From positions 1 to 64,000 of the IMG/VR virus record IMGVR_UViG_3300032324_000938: 64,000 bases of DNA. One strand, written 5' to 3'. The translations under genes and the position numbers were made by a program. Position 1 is the stretch's first letter. Each line of letters begins with the position of its first letter. Source of the DNA: a virus. Lineage: Duplodnaviria > Caudoviricetes. The notes under the pieces were generated by a model. That model had not been told where the DNA came from and ran no database searches. It saw nothing but the letters and a program-made list of their open reading frames with translations. Shown here one piece after another: positions 44,407 through 54,816 of the stretch.

Positions 44407-44667
44407 ATGGATTCAGTTGAAAAAATAAAAAAACAAATACAAGACTTGGAATCCAAGTTAGAAGATTTGCGTGATGAATTGGATAAAAAGGATAATAATC
44501 CAATTGAATCCATGAGTATTAAAAAAGAAATTGGTGATTTGGTTAAAAATATAAATAACTTAAAAGGTAAGTTACCTGTTGACAAAGAGAAGGCAAAGAT
44601 GTATTTTGATCTAATGCGTAAGGCAATTAGTGAAAAACTAACATATAAAGAATTTTTTGATCTTTAA
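44407..44667 (+). CDS. Small coiled-coil protein
   Basis: ORF trimmed to MDSVEK. Confidence 0.65.
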   Translation: MDSVEKIKKQIQDLESKLEDLRDELDKKDNNPIESMSIKKEIGDLVKNINNLKGKLPVDKEKAKMYFDLMRKAISEKLTYKEFFDL

Positions 44668-44674
44668 CATTTTA

Positions 44675-45058
44675 TGGGCACATACTGGTTTCGATTTAAG
44701 ATTCTAGTACAGTTAGGCATGTAGAGGATGATAGTTGGCCTCTTAAAATTTCTATCAAAACATTAACTGCTGAAGATAATGTAATTAGCTATGATTTCAC
44801 CTCCCGTGATGTAGTAGCACTAGCAGCCTAAAGGTTGCGCATTCAATATAATGATGTCTGATAATTATGTTGGGTGTAAAACATCAGACTGGATTGATCA
44901 TTTAATTTGCGTGATTAATTAAGATTTTAGTAAATTTTAAGGGAAATATTTTTAGATATTTTGTATTATTTCCATTAAAAATAATAAAATATATAAACAT
45001 GTAGTCTGATTGTAGTAATATTTTAAAGACGCGAGTTCAACTCTCGCTGTGTCCACCA
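44675..45058 (+). ncRNA. ssrA: tmRNA; tag (A)AEDNVISYDFTSRDVVALAA at 44769-44831
   Basis: GGGCACA/TGTGTCC-A-CCA with G3.U70, T-arm, tag ORF ending ALAA. Confidence 0.93.
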
Positions 45059-45078
45059 TTTTAGTTTAAAAGCATAAC

Positions 45079-45110
45079 AACCAATAATATTAATTTATTA
45101 TTGGTTTTTT
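45079..45110 (+). terminator. Terminator after tmRNA
   Basis: AACCAATAAT/ATTATTGGTT + U-run. Confidence 0.6.
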
Positions 45111-45132
45111 TGTATATTTATATCTATAATAA

Positions 45133-45459
45133 ATGTCAATCTATTATCAAAATTGGGAGGAACTAAATGTAAATTGGGAAGATGAACAACGTTTGTGGGA
45201 TGAAATATATATCATAGTTGAAGAACTTGTGGGTGTAGGCGGTGCTAGAGATCCACAAGAAGTTGAACGTGAGATAGCTAGAAACCTAGAAAAGTTGCCT
45301 GAACCCAAGAAAGAAAAACTAATTACAGTACTTATAAAGTTAGGAAATGAACATTACAAGGAAAAGAAGAAGAAACAAGAAAGTATAAAAGTCACTGTAA
45401 AAGACATCCAAACAATTATGACAGATTACTTAAAAATAGAAATTTCAAAGAAAGATTAA
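45133..45459 (+). CDS. Hypothetical protein
   Basis: ORF track. Confidence 0.75.
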   Translation: MSIYYQNWEELNVNWEDEQRLWDEIYIIVEELVGVGGARDPQEVEREIARNLEKLPEPKKEKLITVLIKLGNEHYKEKKKKQESIKVTVKDIQTIMTDYLKIEISKKD

Positions 45460-45460
45460 T

Positions 45461-46057
45461 ATGTATACCATTCAACTTGACCAAGCCAAAAACTTTGAAT
45501 GTAGTTTAAAAATTCAAGGTGCTAGTTTAAAAAAATCAAAGATCAACATGATCATTGAAGGTGATGACTTTGATATTAAGTTAAAAGGTACCATTGATAG
45601 TGATGGTCAGGTAACAATTCCCGTTAAAAAGTTAAAGGGTATTCTCGATGAAAATGTCAAGGGTAACATGTTTTTGGAAGTAATTGCGGAAGATACATAT
45701 TTTACACCGTATGAAACTGAGTATGTAACGGAGGTATCAAGAAAAGTGGAGGTGACTTCAATAAATGGTAAATCTAAAGAAACATTGACTGAATCAGAAG
45801 GTATCAAGGTAACTGATTCAAAGCCAAAGGTTACCATTAGTGATATCAAGAATGATGAAACATTGTTGATCAAGGAACATGCTCATAGAATAAATAAAAA
45901 TATAATCAGAACCAATCTGAACATATTTAAAAAGGAAGACAAAACCAAGGTAATTAAAACAATACAAAATTACTTAACTGAAAACAAGGTTGAAAATAGT
46001 TTGTATGATAAAATAATGACTGAATTATATACATTACTTTCTGATGATTTGTCATAA
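45461..46057 (+). CDS. Hypothetical (probable structural) protein
   Basis: ORF at the start of the tail module. Confidence 0.75.
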   Translation: MYTIQLDQAKNFECSLKIQGASLKKSKINMIIEGDDFDIKLKGTIDSDGQVTIPVKKLKGILDENVKGNMFLEVIAEDTYFTPYETEYVTEVSRKVEVTSINGKSKETLTESEGIKVTDSKPKVTISDIKNDETLLIKEHAHRINKNIIRTNLNIFKKEDKTKVIKTIQNYLTENKVENSLYDKIMTELYTLLSDDLS

Positions 46058-46075
46058 TATAATTATAGATAATAT

Positions 46076-47446
46076 ATGTCGTTATATGACCTTACAGGAA
46101 ACAAAGTATCGTTCACATATGGTCGATTAGTTCAAATAGCATCAGGAAGCTATTATGACGGTTTTGGCAATTCTCTTAATTTATCTGGTTCAGGAACAAC
46201 TTTAGTTACAGGCAGCACTTATCCAATTACAAGTAGTTGGGCAAATAATGTAGTAAGTGCTAGTTATAGTTTAACAAGTAGTTATAGTAATAATAGTACA
46301 TCTGCATCTTATTCATTAACCGCAAGTTATTGGAGTGGCAGTGTAATTAGTTCTAGTTACAGTGATACAAGCAGTTATAGTAATAATTCAACAAGTGCTA
46401 GTTATAGTTTAAATGCACTTAGTTCATCATATTCATTAACTGCTTCTTATTCAAATACCAGCAGTTATAGTAATACATCTACATCATCTTCATTTGCTTT
46501 ATCTGCATCATTTGCGCCTACTAATACAAATATTACTGCGTCTTGGAGTAACAATAGTTTAACTGCGAGTTATTTAGTATCAACAAATAATTATATTGTT
46601 TCAAGTTTAACATCAAGCAATTTATTAGTAACAGGTACTTTATATGCTTCTAACTTTAGTTCAAGTACAATTTATATAACCTCAAGTGAGTTTATTGTTG
46701 CGGATAATATAATTACATTAAACGCTTTAAATCCACACAAAAGATATGCTGGATTAGAATTACATGATAGTGGAAGCAATAATTTCAGTTCACTTTTATG
46801 GGACAGTCAAAACAATTATTTATTTGTAAGCAGTAGTGAAACCGTAGGCAATAGGCAAATTATACTTGGACCTGATAATCAAGTCAATTTAATATCAAAT
46901 TATATTCCTTTAATTAATGGCGGTAATACTATTACTTCTAGTATAATTTATCAAAACAATAGTAATATTGGTGTTGGTACAACTTCACCTTCAGCTAAGG
47001 TTGATGTGGTTGGTGATGTGCAAGCAAATGCTTTTTATGGTAAGTCTTTTAATTTAACCACAACAAGTGGTCAATCCGCTATATTTGATACATTTACATC
47101 AACAGGAACTGGTGAAGTTTATGAAGTTACAATTAAGGGTAATCCTAATGCAGGTGAGTCAAGTAATTACCAAGATGTTATTTATGGAAAAATAATTGTT
47201 GGTACAGGAAAAACTGGTTCAGTTGCAACTACTTTTATCAATTATGTACAAGAAAGTCCAGATCCACGTTTATTATATTCTAGTGGTGGAAATGCATTAA
47301 CTGCTTCAATTTATTTTAATTCTGCGTCAGTTGATGTGACGCAGAAAGGTGTTGGTCAAAGTACATCAATTAGAGTTGTGATTGGATCATATGCGGTTGG
47401 TTATGTAGGAAACAATACAACTGTGAGGTTAAAACAAATACTTTAA
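46076..47446 (+). CDS. Tail-fibre-like protein with SASYS repeats
   Basis: Ser/Thr-rich repeats, NIGVGTTSP unit. Confidence 0.75.
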   Translation: MSLYDLTGNKVSFTYGRLVQIASGSYYDGFGNSLNLSGSGTTLVTGSTYPITSSWANNVVSASYSLTSSYSNNSTSASYSLTASYWSGSVISSSYSDTSSYSNNSTSASYSLNALSSSYSLTASYSNTSSYSNTSTSSSFALSASFAPTNTNITASWSNNSLTASYLVSTNNYIVSSLTSSNLLVTGTLYASNFSSSTIYITSSEFIVADNIITLNALNPHKRYAGLELHDSGSNNFSSLLWDSQNNYLFVSSSETVGNRQIILGPDNQVNLISNYIPLINGGNTITSSIIYQNNSNIGVGTTSPSAKVDVVGDVQANAFYGKSFNLTTTSGQSAIFDTFTSTGTGEVYEVTIKGNPNAGESSNYQDVIYGKIIVGTGKTGSVATTFINYVQESPDPRLLYSSGGNALTASIYFNSASVDVTQKGVGQSTSIRVVIGSYAVGYVGNNTTVRLKQIL

Positions 47447-47458
47447 TATTTATAAAAT

Positions 47459-50400
47459 ATGGCAACATTTAGTACAGTAATAGCAAATGGAGTTGGAAAT
47501 GAAGTGGATGTAGGAATTGGTGTAAATCAACCTACAAATCCATTACATGTATCCTCATCATCAAATCCTGTTAGGTTTGAGGGCGTTGGTCTTGCTACTG
47601 ACACAAAGTTTTTGACAGTGGATGACAATGGTGTTGTTCATTATAAATTGAGTGGTGCAGATGGAACTTCAGGTTCAAGCGGAACAAGTGGAAGCAGTGG
47701 TACTAGTGGTAGTTCTGGCACATCTGGTAGTAGTGGTTCTTCTGGTACATCAGGATCAAGCGGAACGTCCGGTTCATCAGGATCAAGCGGAACGTCCGGT
47801 TCATCAGGATCATCTGGTATAGATGGTAATGATTCTTCAAATAGCGGTAGATGGATTTATGCTGTCACTATTACTCCTGGAAGTGGAGTTTTTGGAACGG
47901 ATAATCCTGTAATGAGTTTAATTGAATATGTCTACATAAATACAGATGCGGCAAACGGAGCAGATTATTCTACATGGCTTTTCGGAGTAGACAGTATACA
48001 GGACCTTGGTTACACTGTCTATTTACAAATCACACAAGTAGGTTCTAACAATATTATTGGTATCTGGAGAGTTATATCCATTACTTCAACAGGTAGTGTT
48101 TATGAGTTTCAAGTTGATACGCCACTTGTGGCGAATGGTACCATATCAGATGTTTGTACAATATCATGGGTATACAATGGTATAAGTGGTACATCTGGAT
48201 CAAGTGGTACCTCTGGGTCATCTGGAACATCTGGATCATCAGGTACAAGTGGTAGTTCCGGTACAAGCGGATCATCCGGTACTTCAGGTAGTTCAGGATC
48301 TTCCGGCACATCAGGCTCATCTGGTAGTTCTGGTACTAGTGGAAGTAGCGGAACATCAGGCAGTTCAGGTACATCAGGATCAAGCGGTACTAGTGGAAGT
48401 AGCGGATCAAGTGGCACTTCTGGTTCATCTGGTACTAGTGTATCTGTGAGTGGTACTACTAATTATGTTGTTAAATTTTCATCAGCTTCTACGGTGGCTA
48501 CAGGATCAATATTTGATAATGGTAACATTGGTATAGGTACAAGCAATCCCTTGGATAAACTTTCAGTAAGTGGAAGTATTGGATTATATGCGGCTGGTAC
48601 TACTAGAATATATAATGCAATAAATGCAACGGATACAATTAGTATAGAAGGCGCTGGAGGTATAACGTTTAAAACATATAGCGGCGGATTTAACAATGCT
48701 ATGTTTATCAATACCTCTGGTAACGTAGGTATAGGTACAAGTAGTCCGGCTTATATATTGGATGTAAGAGGTGATATAAGAATAGGAAATGGATCATCCA
48801 GTGAACAAGATATTAGATTTATCAGTTTAAATGGTGATTGGCAAGTTGGAACAAATAATGCCGGAAATGGTACAAATAATAATCAATTTTATTTCTTTGA
48901 CACAGGTTATAGATTAACTATACAAACTGGTACTGGTAATATTGGTATTGGTACAACTAGTCCTTCAACATTATTACATGTACAGGGTACCAATCCATTT
49001 GTTAGAATTAATAATTCAAGTACTGGGGATCAAGGTATAAAGATTAGTTATAATAATTCAGACACACATGGTCTTCATCTAATATATAATGCGAACTCTG
49101 CGGTTTCATATATTGATAATACATACATCGTAACATCCGGTCAAGTGTATGGTGATATCTATTTTAGACAAAATGTTGCTGGAACAATGACTACTCGCAT
49201 GACTATCAAAGCAGATGGTGGTAATGTTGGCATTGGAACAACCAGTCCTGCTTACAAATTGGATGTAAGTGGTACTGGTAGAGTTGGAGATACATTTTTA
49301 ATTACAACCGCTACAACCGCAGATGCAAGATTAGAAATTGGTAGTGGCAGAAGTGGTAATGGTAATTCTTATCTAGATTTGGTAGGAGACGCAACTTATA
49401 CTGATTATGGTTTAAGATTGATTCGTTATGATACAGGAGCTAATGCAAATAGTAGATTAGAACATAAAGGAACAGGTCAACTACAATTATTTGTATCAGA
49501 AGCAGGTTCTCTTACAATCTCAACAAATTCTTCTGAAAGAATGCGTATTGCCTCAGATGGTAATGTTGGTATAGGTAGTAGTAGTCCTGGTGCTAAGTTA
49601 GATATTGTTGGTGGTATAAATAGTAGTACCGCAAATAATTTTAATATTTCATCTGGACCATACAACGCAGTATTTTATAATTATTCAACATCTACATCTG
49701 ATTATAATGCTATAAGAATTTATCAAGGTTCGGTTGGATCAGCCGTTGGTTATTTTGGTACAGGTGGTAGTGCTACTGGCAATGTTTCTTTTAGAAATAC
49801 ATTTGTTGTTGGTACTCAAAGTGGTAATGATTTTGTTTTAAACACAACTGATACGGAAAGAGTTCGTATTACAAGTGGTGGTAATGTAGGTATAGGCACA
49901 ATTAGTCCTGGTGGTAAATTAGAAGTTAGAACAAATGCAGCTTCAACTTACGTATTTAGTGGTACATCTACATCTGGATATACAACAACATTCACAATGG
50001 ATGATACTGCTAGTTATTTTGGTCATGATAGTGCAGTAAGATCTATAATATTTAGAACTGATTCAACCGCAAAATTAACAATTAAAGGTGATGGTAATGT
50101 TGGTATAGGATTAACTAGTCCAAGTTATAATTTAAGCATTAGTGGTTCTGTTGGTCTTCAAGGTAATGAAGAATATTTATATTTTCATTCAAATTATTCA
50201 GTAGGTAATAATGCTCGTGGAAAAATTCGTGTTGTAGGAGCAGGAGGTGGTTCTGGTTATGGTGGAGATTTAAGATTTAGTACAAGAAAACCAACCAATG
50301 TTTGGAATGAAGACGCTCTTACAATAGATAGTAGTGGTAATGTTGGTATAGGTACAACCAGTCCTGCAACTCAATTACACGTTTCAGGATCATTGCAAAT

Positions 50401-51502
50401 TGGTAACGGTTCAAATTTTGGAAATAAGTTTACACTATATGATGATTTTTCAAGTGGTAAACTTGCATATGTAATGAGAGATTTGAGTGGAGATGATATA
50501 TTTGGTTTATATTGTAATTCTACCACAGGTGAAGTTAGATTACTAGCTGATGATGATAACGGTACGGCTTTCATGACATTCCAAATGAATTCAAGTGAAA
50601 GAATGCGCATCACAAACGGTGGTAATGTAGGTATAGGTACAAGTAGTCCAAATAATAAATTACATGTTTATAATAGTGCAGGCAGTTCAACAACTGCATC
50701 AAATGCAATTGCAGTATTTGAACAAAATAGTAATGCTGTTATACAAGTTTGTGTTCCGGATGCAAATGCTAGCGGATTATTTTTTAGCAGATCAGGATCA
50801 GCTTATTATTCAGGAATTGAAAGAAGCGGAACTGATTTATTCTTAAAAAATAATAACACTACTGCGGTTACTATAAATTCAAGTGGAAATGTTGGTATAG
50901 GCACAACAAGTCCAGTTGCTAAGTTAGATATACGTGGTGGCATTCAACTATTAAATTCATCTGGTAGTACTAGTTCAGCAACTAGTGGTTCTTTGATGAT
51001 CATTGGTCAAAATACCGTGGGTGGTTCTTCATATCATGACTTTTTATATACGAGACATACATTATCAACTGCTACAAATCCACAAAAGACATTTCGTTTA
51101 ACTCAAGTAGGTGCACTTGAAATAATAAATGATGCTTATACTGTTGTAATACTTAGTTTAACTAATGCTGGTGTATTAAGTACTCCTGGTGGCGGTACAT
51201 CTGATATTAGAACCAAACAAAATGTAGAATATATCTATGAAGATGCATCTACCACAATAAATAAACTAAAACCAGTTAAATTTGAATTTAAAGATTATCC
51301 AAATGTAAAACGTCATGGATTTATAGCACAAGATGTATTGCCAATTAAACCAGAATTAGTATTGGGTGACGGTGATAAACCAGACGGTACTTATGGTTTG
51401 GATTATGATGGTATATTAGCATTAACAGTGAAAGCTTTACAAGAAGCTAATGCAAAAATTGAACAGTTAGAAAACAGATTATCACAATTAGAAAATAAAT
51501 AA
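47459..51502 (+). CDS. Long tail fibre with C-terminal intramolecular chaperone (peptidase S74-like)
   Basis: GTSGSS tracts, repeated GNVGIGT units, SDIRTK...GFIAQDV...LDYDG motif. Confidence 0.88.
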   Translation: MATFSTVIANGVGNEVDVGIGVNQPTNPLHVSSSSNPVRFEGVGLATDTKFLTVDDNGVVHYKLSGADGTSGSSGTSGSSGTSGSSGTSGSSGSSGTSGSSGTSGSSGSSGTSGSSGSSGIDGNDSSNSGRWIYAVTITPGSGVFGTDNPVMSLIEYVYINTDAANGADYSTWLFGVDSIQDLGYTVYLQITQVGSNNIIGIWRVISITSTGSVYEFQVDTPLVANGTISDVCTISWVYNGISGTSGSSGTSGSSGTSGSSGTSGSSGTSGSSGTSGSSGSSGTSGSSGSSGTSGSSGTSGSSGTSGSSGTSGSSGSSGTSGSSGTSVSVSGTTNYVVKFSSASTVATGSIFDNGNIGIGTSNPLDKLSVSGSIGLYAAGTTRIYNAINATDTISIEGAGGITFKTYSGGFNNAMFINTSGNVGIGTSSPAYILDVRGDIRIGNGSSSEQDIRFISLNGDWQVGTNNAGNGTNNNQFYFFDTGYRLTIQTGTGNIGIGTTSPSTLLHVQGTNPFVRINNSSTGDQGIKISYNNSDTHGLHLIYNANSAVSYIDNTYIVTSGQVYGDIYFRQNVAGTMTTRMTIKADGGNVGIGTTSPAYKLDVSGTGRVGDTFLITTATTADARLEIGSGRSGNGNSYLDLVGDATYTDYGLRLIRYDTGANANSRLEHKGTGQLQLFVSEAGSLTISTNSSERMRIASDGNVGIGSSSPGAKLDIVGGINSSTANNFNISSGPYNAVFYNYSTSTSDYNAIRIYQGSVGSAVGYFGTGGSATGNVSFRNTFVVGTQSGNDFVLNTTDTERVRITSGGNVGIGTISPGGKLEVRTNAASTYVFSGTSTSGYTTTFTMDDTASYFGHDSAVRSIIFRTDSTAKLTIKGDGNVGIGLTSPSYNLSISGSVGLQGNEEYLYFHSNYSVGNNARGKIRVVGAGGGSGYGGDLRFSTRKPTNVWNEDALTIDSSGNVGIGTTSPATQLHVSGSLQIGNGSNFGNKFTLYDDFSSGKLAYVMRDLSGDDIFGLYCNSTTGEVRLLADDDNGTAFMTFQMNSSERMRITNGGNVGIGTSSPNNKLHVYNSAGSSTTASNAIAVFEQNSNAVIQVCVPDANASGLFFSRSGSAYYSGIERSGTDLFLKNNNTTAVTINSSGNVGIGTTSPVAKLDIRGGIQLLNSSGSTSSATSGSLMIIGQNTVGGSSYHDFLYTRHTLSTATNPQKTFRLTQVGALEIINDAYTVVILSLTNAGVLSTPGGGTSDIRTKQNVEYIYEDASTTINKLKPVKFEFKDYPNVKRHGFIAQDVLPIKPELVLGDGDKPDGTYGLDYDGILALTVKALQEANAKIEQLENRLSQLENK
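47660..48440 (+). repeat. Two coding GTSGSS tandem-repeat tracts
   Basis: Tracts at about 47660-47820 and 48185-48440, synonymously diversified. Confidence 0.85.
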
Positions 51503-51505
51503 TTT

Positions 51506-52222
51506 ATGTATTACGGACCCAGAACAGTAACAAATGGATTGGTATTTTGCGTAGACGCTGCTGATAGAAATAGTTATAGAGGTAGTGGCACTACTTGGAC
51601 AGATATAAGCGGTAATAATTATACAGGCACATTAACTAATGGTCCAACTTTTAACGGTGCAAACGGAGGAAGTATATTTTTTGATGCTACTGATGATTTT
51701 GTTAATGTTGGAAATATTGGTACAATAACTAGTTTTACAGTTTTGGTTTGGTGTTATCCAACAAGTGTTACTAGCTACAGAAATATTTTGGATTGTAATT
51801 TTAATTATAATGCGACTACTGGCAATATTGGTCCGAGATTAGAAATGACTACCGCTGGAAATCTTTCATGGTTATATTCTAATATAACAAATAGTAATGA
51901 TTCTTATTATGTACAAGCAGCTATGAATTCGGGATTTGTAGCAAATAGTTGGTATTGTGTGGGTATAACTTATAATTCTACAGGCAATACATCGACTACA
52001 TATCTAAATGGATATGATACAACTAATGGTAGAATTTCTGTTGGAACTCCCACAGGTTTTGTGGGTACCATGAGCAATGTTATTTTAGGAAAAGGATTTT
52101 TTCTAGATGCGTCTAGATTATATGCTGGTAGAATGTCTAATACTTTAATTTACAATAGAGCATTAAGTGCAACTGAAGTGTTGCAGAACTATAATGCTAC
52201 TAAAACAAGATTTGGATTATAA
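51506..52222 (+). CDS. LamG/ConA-like domain protein 1
   Basis: GLVFCVDAAD...W.D.SGN...YNRALSATEV.QNYNA motif. Confidence 0.85.
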   Translation: MYYGPRTVTNGLVFCVDAADRNSYRGSGTTWTDISGNNYTGTLTNGPTFNGANGGSIFFDATDDFVNVGNIGTITSFTVLVWCYPTSVTSYRNILDCNFNYNATTGNIGPRLEMTTAGNLSWLYSNITNSNDSYYVQAAMNSGFVANSWYCVGITYNSTGNTSTTYLNGYDTTNGRISVGTPTGFVGTMSNVILGKGFFLDASRLYAGRMSNTLIYNRALSATEVLQNYNATKTRFGL

Positions 52223-52231
52223 TTATATCAT

Positions 52232-52933
52232 ATGGCATTATCCAGAGGACCAAAAATAGTTACAAGTGGTTTGGTGTTAGCACTAGATGCGGCTGATAGA
52301 AATAGTTATAGTGGCACAGGCACTACATGGACAGATTTAAGTGGTAATGGTAATACAGGAACAATTACTAATAGTCCTACATTTAGTGGTGGTAGTATAG
52401 TTTTTTCAAATGTAGCAAATCAATCCGTAACTATTTCTGATACAGTCATACTTCAACCCACATCGGTTACTTTATCTGCCTGGGTATATGTAACACAATA
52501 CAATCCACTAAATGATTTTGATGGACAATTTCCCACAATTTTATGGAAATGTAATGATGGAAACTCAGGCGGCGCGGCATCATATGGTTTATCTTTATCA
52601 GCTGGTCAGTTTCCTAGATTCACAGTTACTCCAACTCAATTAATTAGTACAACAATATTTCCTATTGCTACATGGGTAAATTTGGTTGGAGTATATACGG
52701 TCGGTGGATCTCAAATATTATATAGAAATGGTGTAGTTGATAATATTGCAAGTGGGCCTGCAACAATACCATATACCTCACAAGCAGTGTCTGTTGGTAC
52801 AAGAGTATTTAGTGGAACATATCAATATCCATGGAATGGTAGAATCTCTGGTGCTTTAATTTATAATAGAGCATTAACTGCAACTGAAGTGTTTCAAAAC
52901 TATAACGCAACAAAAACAAGATTTGGATTATAA
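52232..52933 (+). CDS. LamG/ConA-like domain protein 2
   Basis: Paralogue. Confidence 0.85.
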   Translation: MALSRGPKIVTSGLVLALDAADRNSYSGTGTTWTDLSGNGNTGTITNSPTFSGGSIVFSNVANQSVTISDTVILQPTSVTLSAWVYVTQYNPLNDFDGQFPTILWKCNDGNSGGAASYGLSLSAGQFPRFTVTPTQLISTTIFPIATWVNLVGVYTVGGSQILYRNGVVDNIASGPATIPYTSQAVSVGTRVFSGTYQYPWNGRISGALIYNRALTATEVFQNYNATKTRFGL

Positions 52934-52937
52934 TATT

Positions 52938-53645
52938 ATGGCAGCATCATCAGGACCAGATTTAATAACAAATGGATTACTATTAACATTAGATGCGGCT
53001 GATATAAATAGTTACATTGGTAGTGGTACTACTTGGAGAGATTTGAGTGGTAATAATTACAATGGAACTTTAACCAATGGTCCAACATTTAGTGGTTTGA
53101 ATGGTGGAAATATAGTATTTAATGGAACAAATCAATATGTGGGTATAAATTATAATGTTAATTTAAATCCCGCGACAAATGTATCAGTATCTGTGTGGGC
53201 AAGATTAACTGTTAACGATGCAAATATAAGAAATCCAATTGAATTAAGTACATCTGCTGATGAATTATATTGGATATTTTTGAGAGCGGATTTATCTCCA
53301 AAAAGATGGGGTTGGGGAGTAAGACAAAGCAACAACACTTATGCTGAAACAATATCTAACGCAACAAATCCATCAATTAATACTTGGTATAATCTTACTT
53401 TAGTTGCAAATTCTTCAACATTATTAGTTTCATTATATATAAATGGAATATTGGATGGTAGTGTTGCATATAATGGCACTCTCAAACAAAATGCAGCTGC
53501 AATACTTTCTATAGGATCAGATCCGGGTGCTAATAGAAGATACTGGCAAGGTAATATAGCAAATGCACAAATATATAATAGAGCATTAACCGCAACTGAA
53601 GTGTTGCAAAACTATAACATAACAAAAACAAGATTTGGATTATAA
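52938..53645 (+). CDS. LamG/ConA-like domain protein 3
   Basis: Paralogue. Confidence 0.85.
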   Translation: MAASSGPDLITNGLLLTLDAADINSYIGSGTTWRDLSGNNYNGTLTNGPTFSGLNGGNIVFNGTNQYVGINYNVNLNPATNVSVSVWARLTVNDANIRNPIELSTSADELYWIFLRADLSPKRWGWGVRQSNNTYAETISNATNPSINTWYNLTLVANSSTLLVSLYINGILDGSVAYNGTLKQNAAAILSIGSDPGANRRYWQGNIANAQIYNRALTATEVLQNYNITKTRFGL

Positions 53646-53683
53646 TAAATATTTTCAAAAAGTTCTTACTATTTAATAATGAT

Positions 53684-53860
53684 ATGACAAAACAAGAAGC
53701 AGAAAAAAAGGTATATGAGTTGACAGACAAGTTATTGTTTGTAAAAAAAGATTTCAAAGATATTGCCGCTGGTTATAAAGAAAAAATCAAGGAAATTGAA
53801 AATGAAATCAAGGCGGTAATGGAAGAATCACTTGCAAACAGTGGACAAAAAACTCCTTAA
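53684..53860 (+). CDS. 58-aa coiled-coil protein
   Basis: Manual translation MTKQEAEKKVYEL... Confidence 0.65.
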   Translation: MTKQEAEKKVYELTDKLLFVKKDFKDIAAGYKEKIKEIENEIKAVMEESLANSGQKTP

Positions 53861-53871
53861 TATATAAACAT

Positions 53872-54060
53872 ATGGAACAAAATACAATTAATCTAGCTGA
53901 TCTAAATATTCATGAATTAAAAGCTCTTGCTTTTGATGAATATGTAAAAATTAACATTTCAAACAACAATTTATCAGTTCTTAACCAAGAATTGGCAAAA
54001 CGTCAACAAGCAGGTGTAGCTGACGCAGAACCTGTTTATTCAAAACCAGAAACACAATAG
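53872..54060 (+). CDS. Small helical protein (possible tail chaperone)
   Basis: L.DL...ELK.LA[FY]DE motif. Confidence 0.7.
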   Translation: MEQNTINLADLNIHELKALAFDEYVKINISNNNLSVLNQELAKRQQAGVADAEPVYSKPETQ

Positions 54061-54075
54061 TTATTATACAATCAT

Positions 54076-54252
54076 ATGGAAAAAAAATTATCTGATCTAA
54101 CAGTAGTAGAGTTGAAAAGCCTTGCTTATGATGAATTGGCTAAACTAGAAACAGCTCAACAAAATCTTAGAATCTTGAATCAAGAAATCAATAAGAGATT
54201 CCAAGAACAACAACAAACACAACAAGGTACATTCACATCACCAACCTTGTAA
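54076..54252 (+). CDS. Paralogue of 53872-54060
   Basis: Manual translation MEKKLSDLTVVELKSLAYDE... Confidence 0.7.
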   Translation: MEKKLSDLTVVELKSLAYDELAKLETAQQNLRILNQEINKRFQEQQQTQQGTFTSPTL

Positions 54253-54278
54253 ACATTTAAGTTCAGTCCGCAAACAAT

Positions 54279-54312
54279 ATACCCTAAGATTTTAACTTCT
54301 TAGGGTATTTTT
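54279..54312 (+). terminator. Intrinsic terminator
   Basis: ATACCCTAAGA/TCTTAGGGTAT + U-run. Confidence 0.75.
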
Positions 54313-54330
54313 ATATATATTTATGATATT

Positions 54331-54816
54331 ATGACTATATTAATAAACTCTACATCAACAACTTTTGGTCCTCCAGGTCAATGGATATACGTTAACGGAG
54401 ACGGATTTGTAATTGATGGTACTACTGTTTTATTGAATGATCAACCAGTAGAAAATTTAAAAGTATACCATGAAGGATTAATAGCATTTTCAATTCCAAC
54501 TAATATATCAGACGGATTTAAATCAATAAAAATTCAAACAAGTGAGGGTGAATATGCATCTGATGTATTTTTTGAAGTTGGTACACCAACACAACCACCA
54601 ACTGTTGGAAGTATTGCTGTAAATAATATGGATGAGTGGATATTTGTAACAGGTGAAAACTTTGTGTGGGATCAAACATCAGTTATTTTCAATGAAAAAA
54701 CCGCAAATTGTTTTGTATATTCAACATTTTCTTGTGGGTTTGGTAAAAATGCAAATGAATTAGTTACATCATTAACCTTGACAACACCAAATGGTTCTGT
54801 TACATATAGTGTATAA
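54331..54816 (+). CDS. IPT/TIG-like beta protein
   Basis: G.PGQWI.V.G.GF and V.TPNG repeats. Confidence 0.65.
   Translation: MTILINSTSTTFGPPGQWIYVNGDGFVIDGTTVLLNDQPVENLKVYHEGLIAFSIPTNISDGFKSIKIQTSEGEYASDVFFEVGTPTQPPTVGSIAVNNMDEWIFVTGENFVWDQTSVIFNEKTANCFVYSTFSCGFGKNANELVTSLTLTTPNGSVTYSV

Noticed and set aside
48081-48449. Pro/Asp-rich or Gln/Val-rich ORFs
   Set aside because: Alternative frames of the GTSGSS repeat of the tail fibre.
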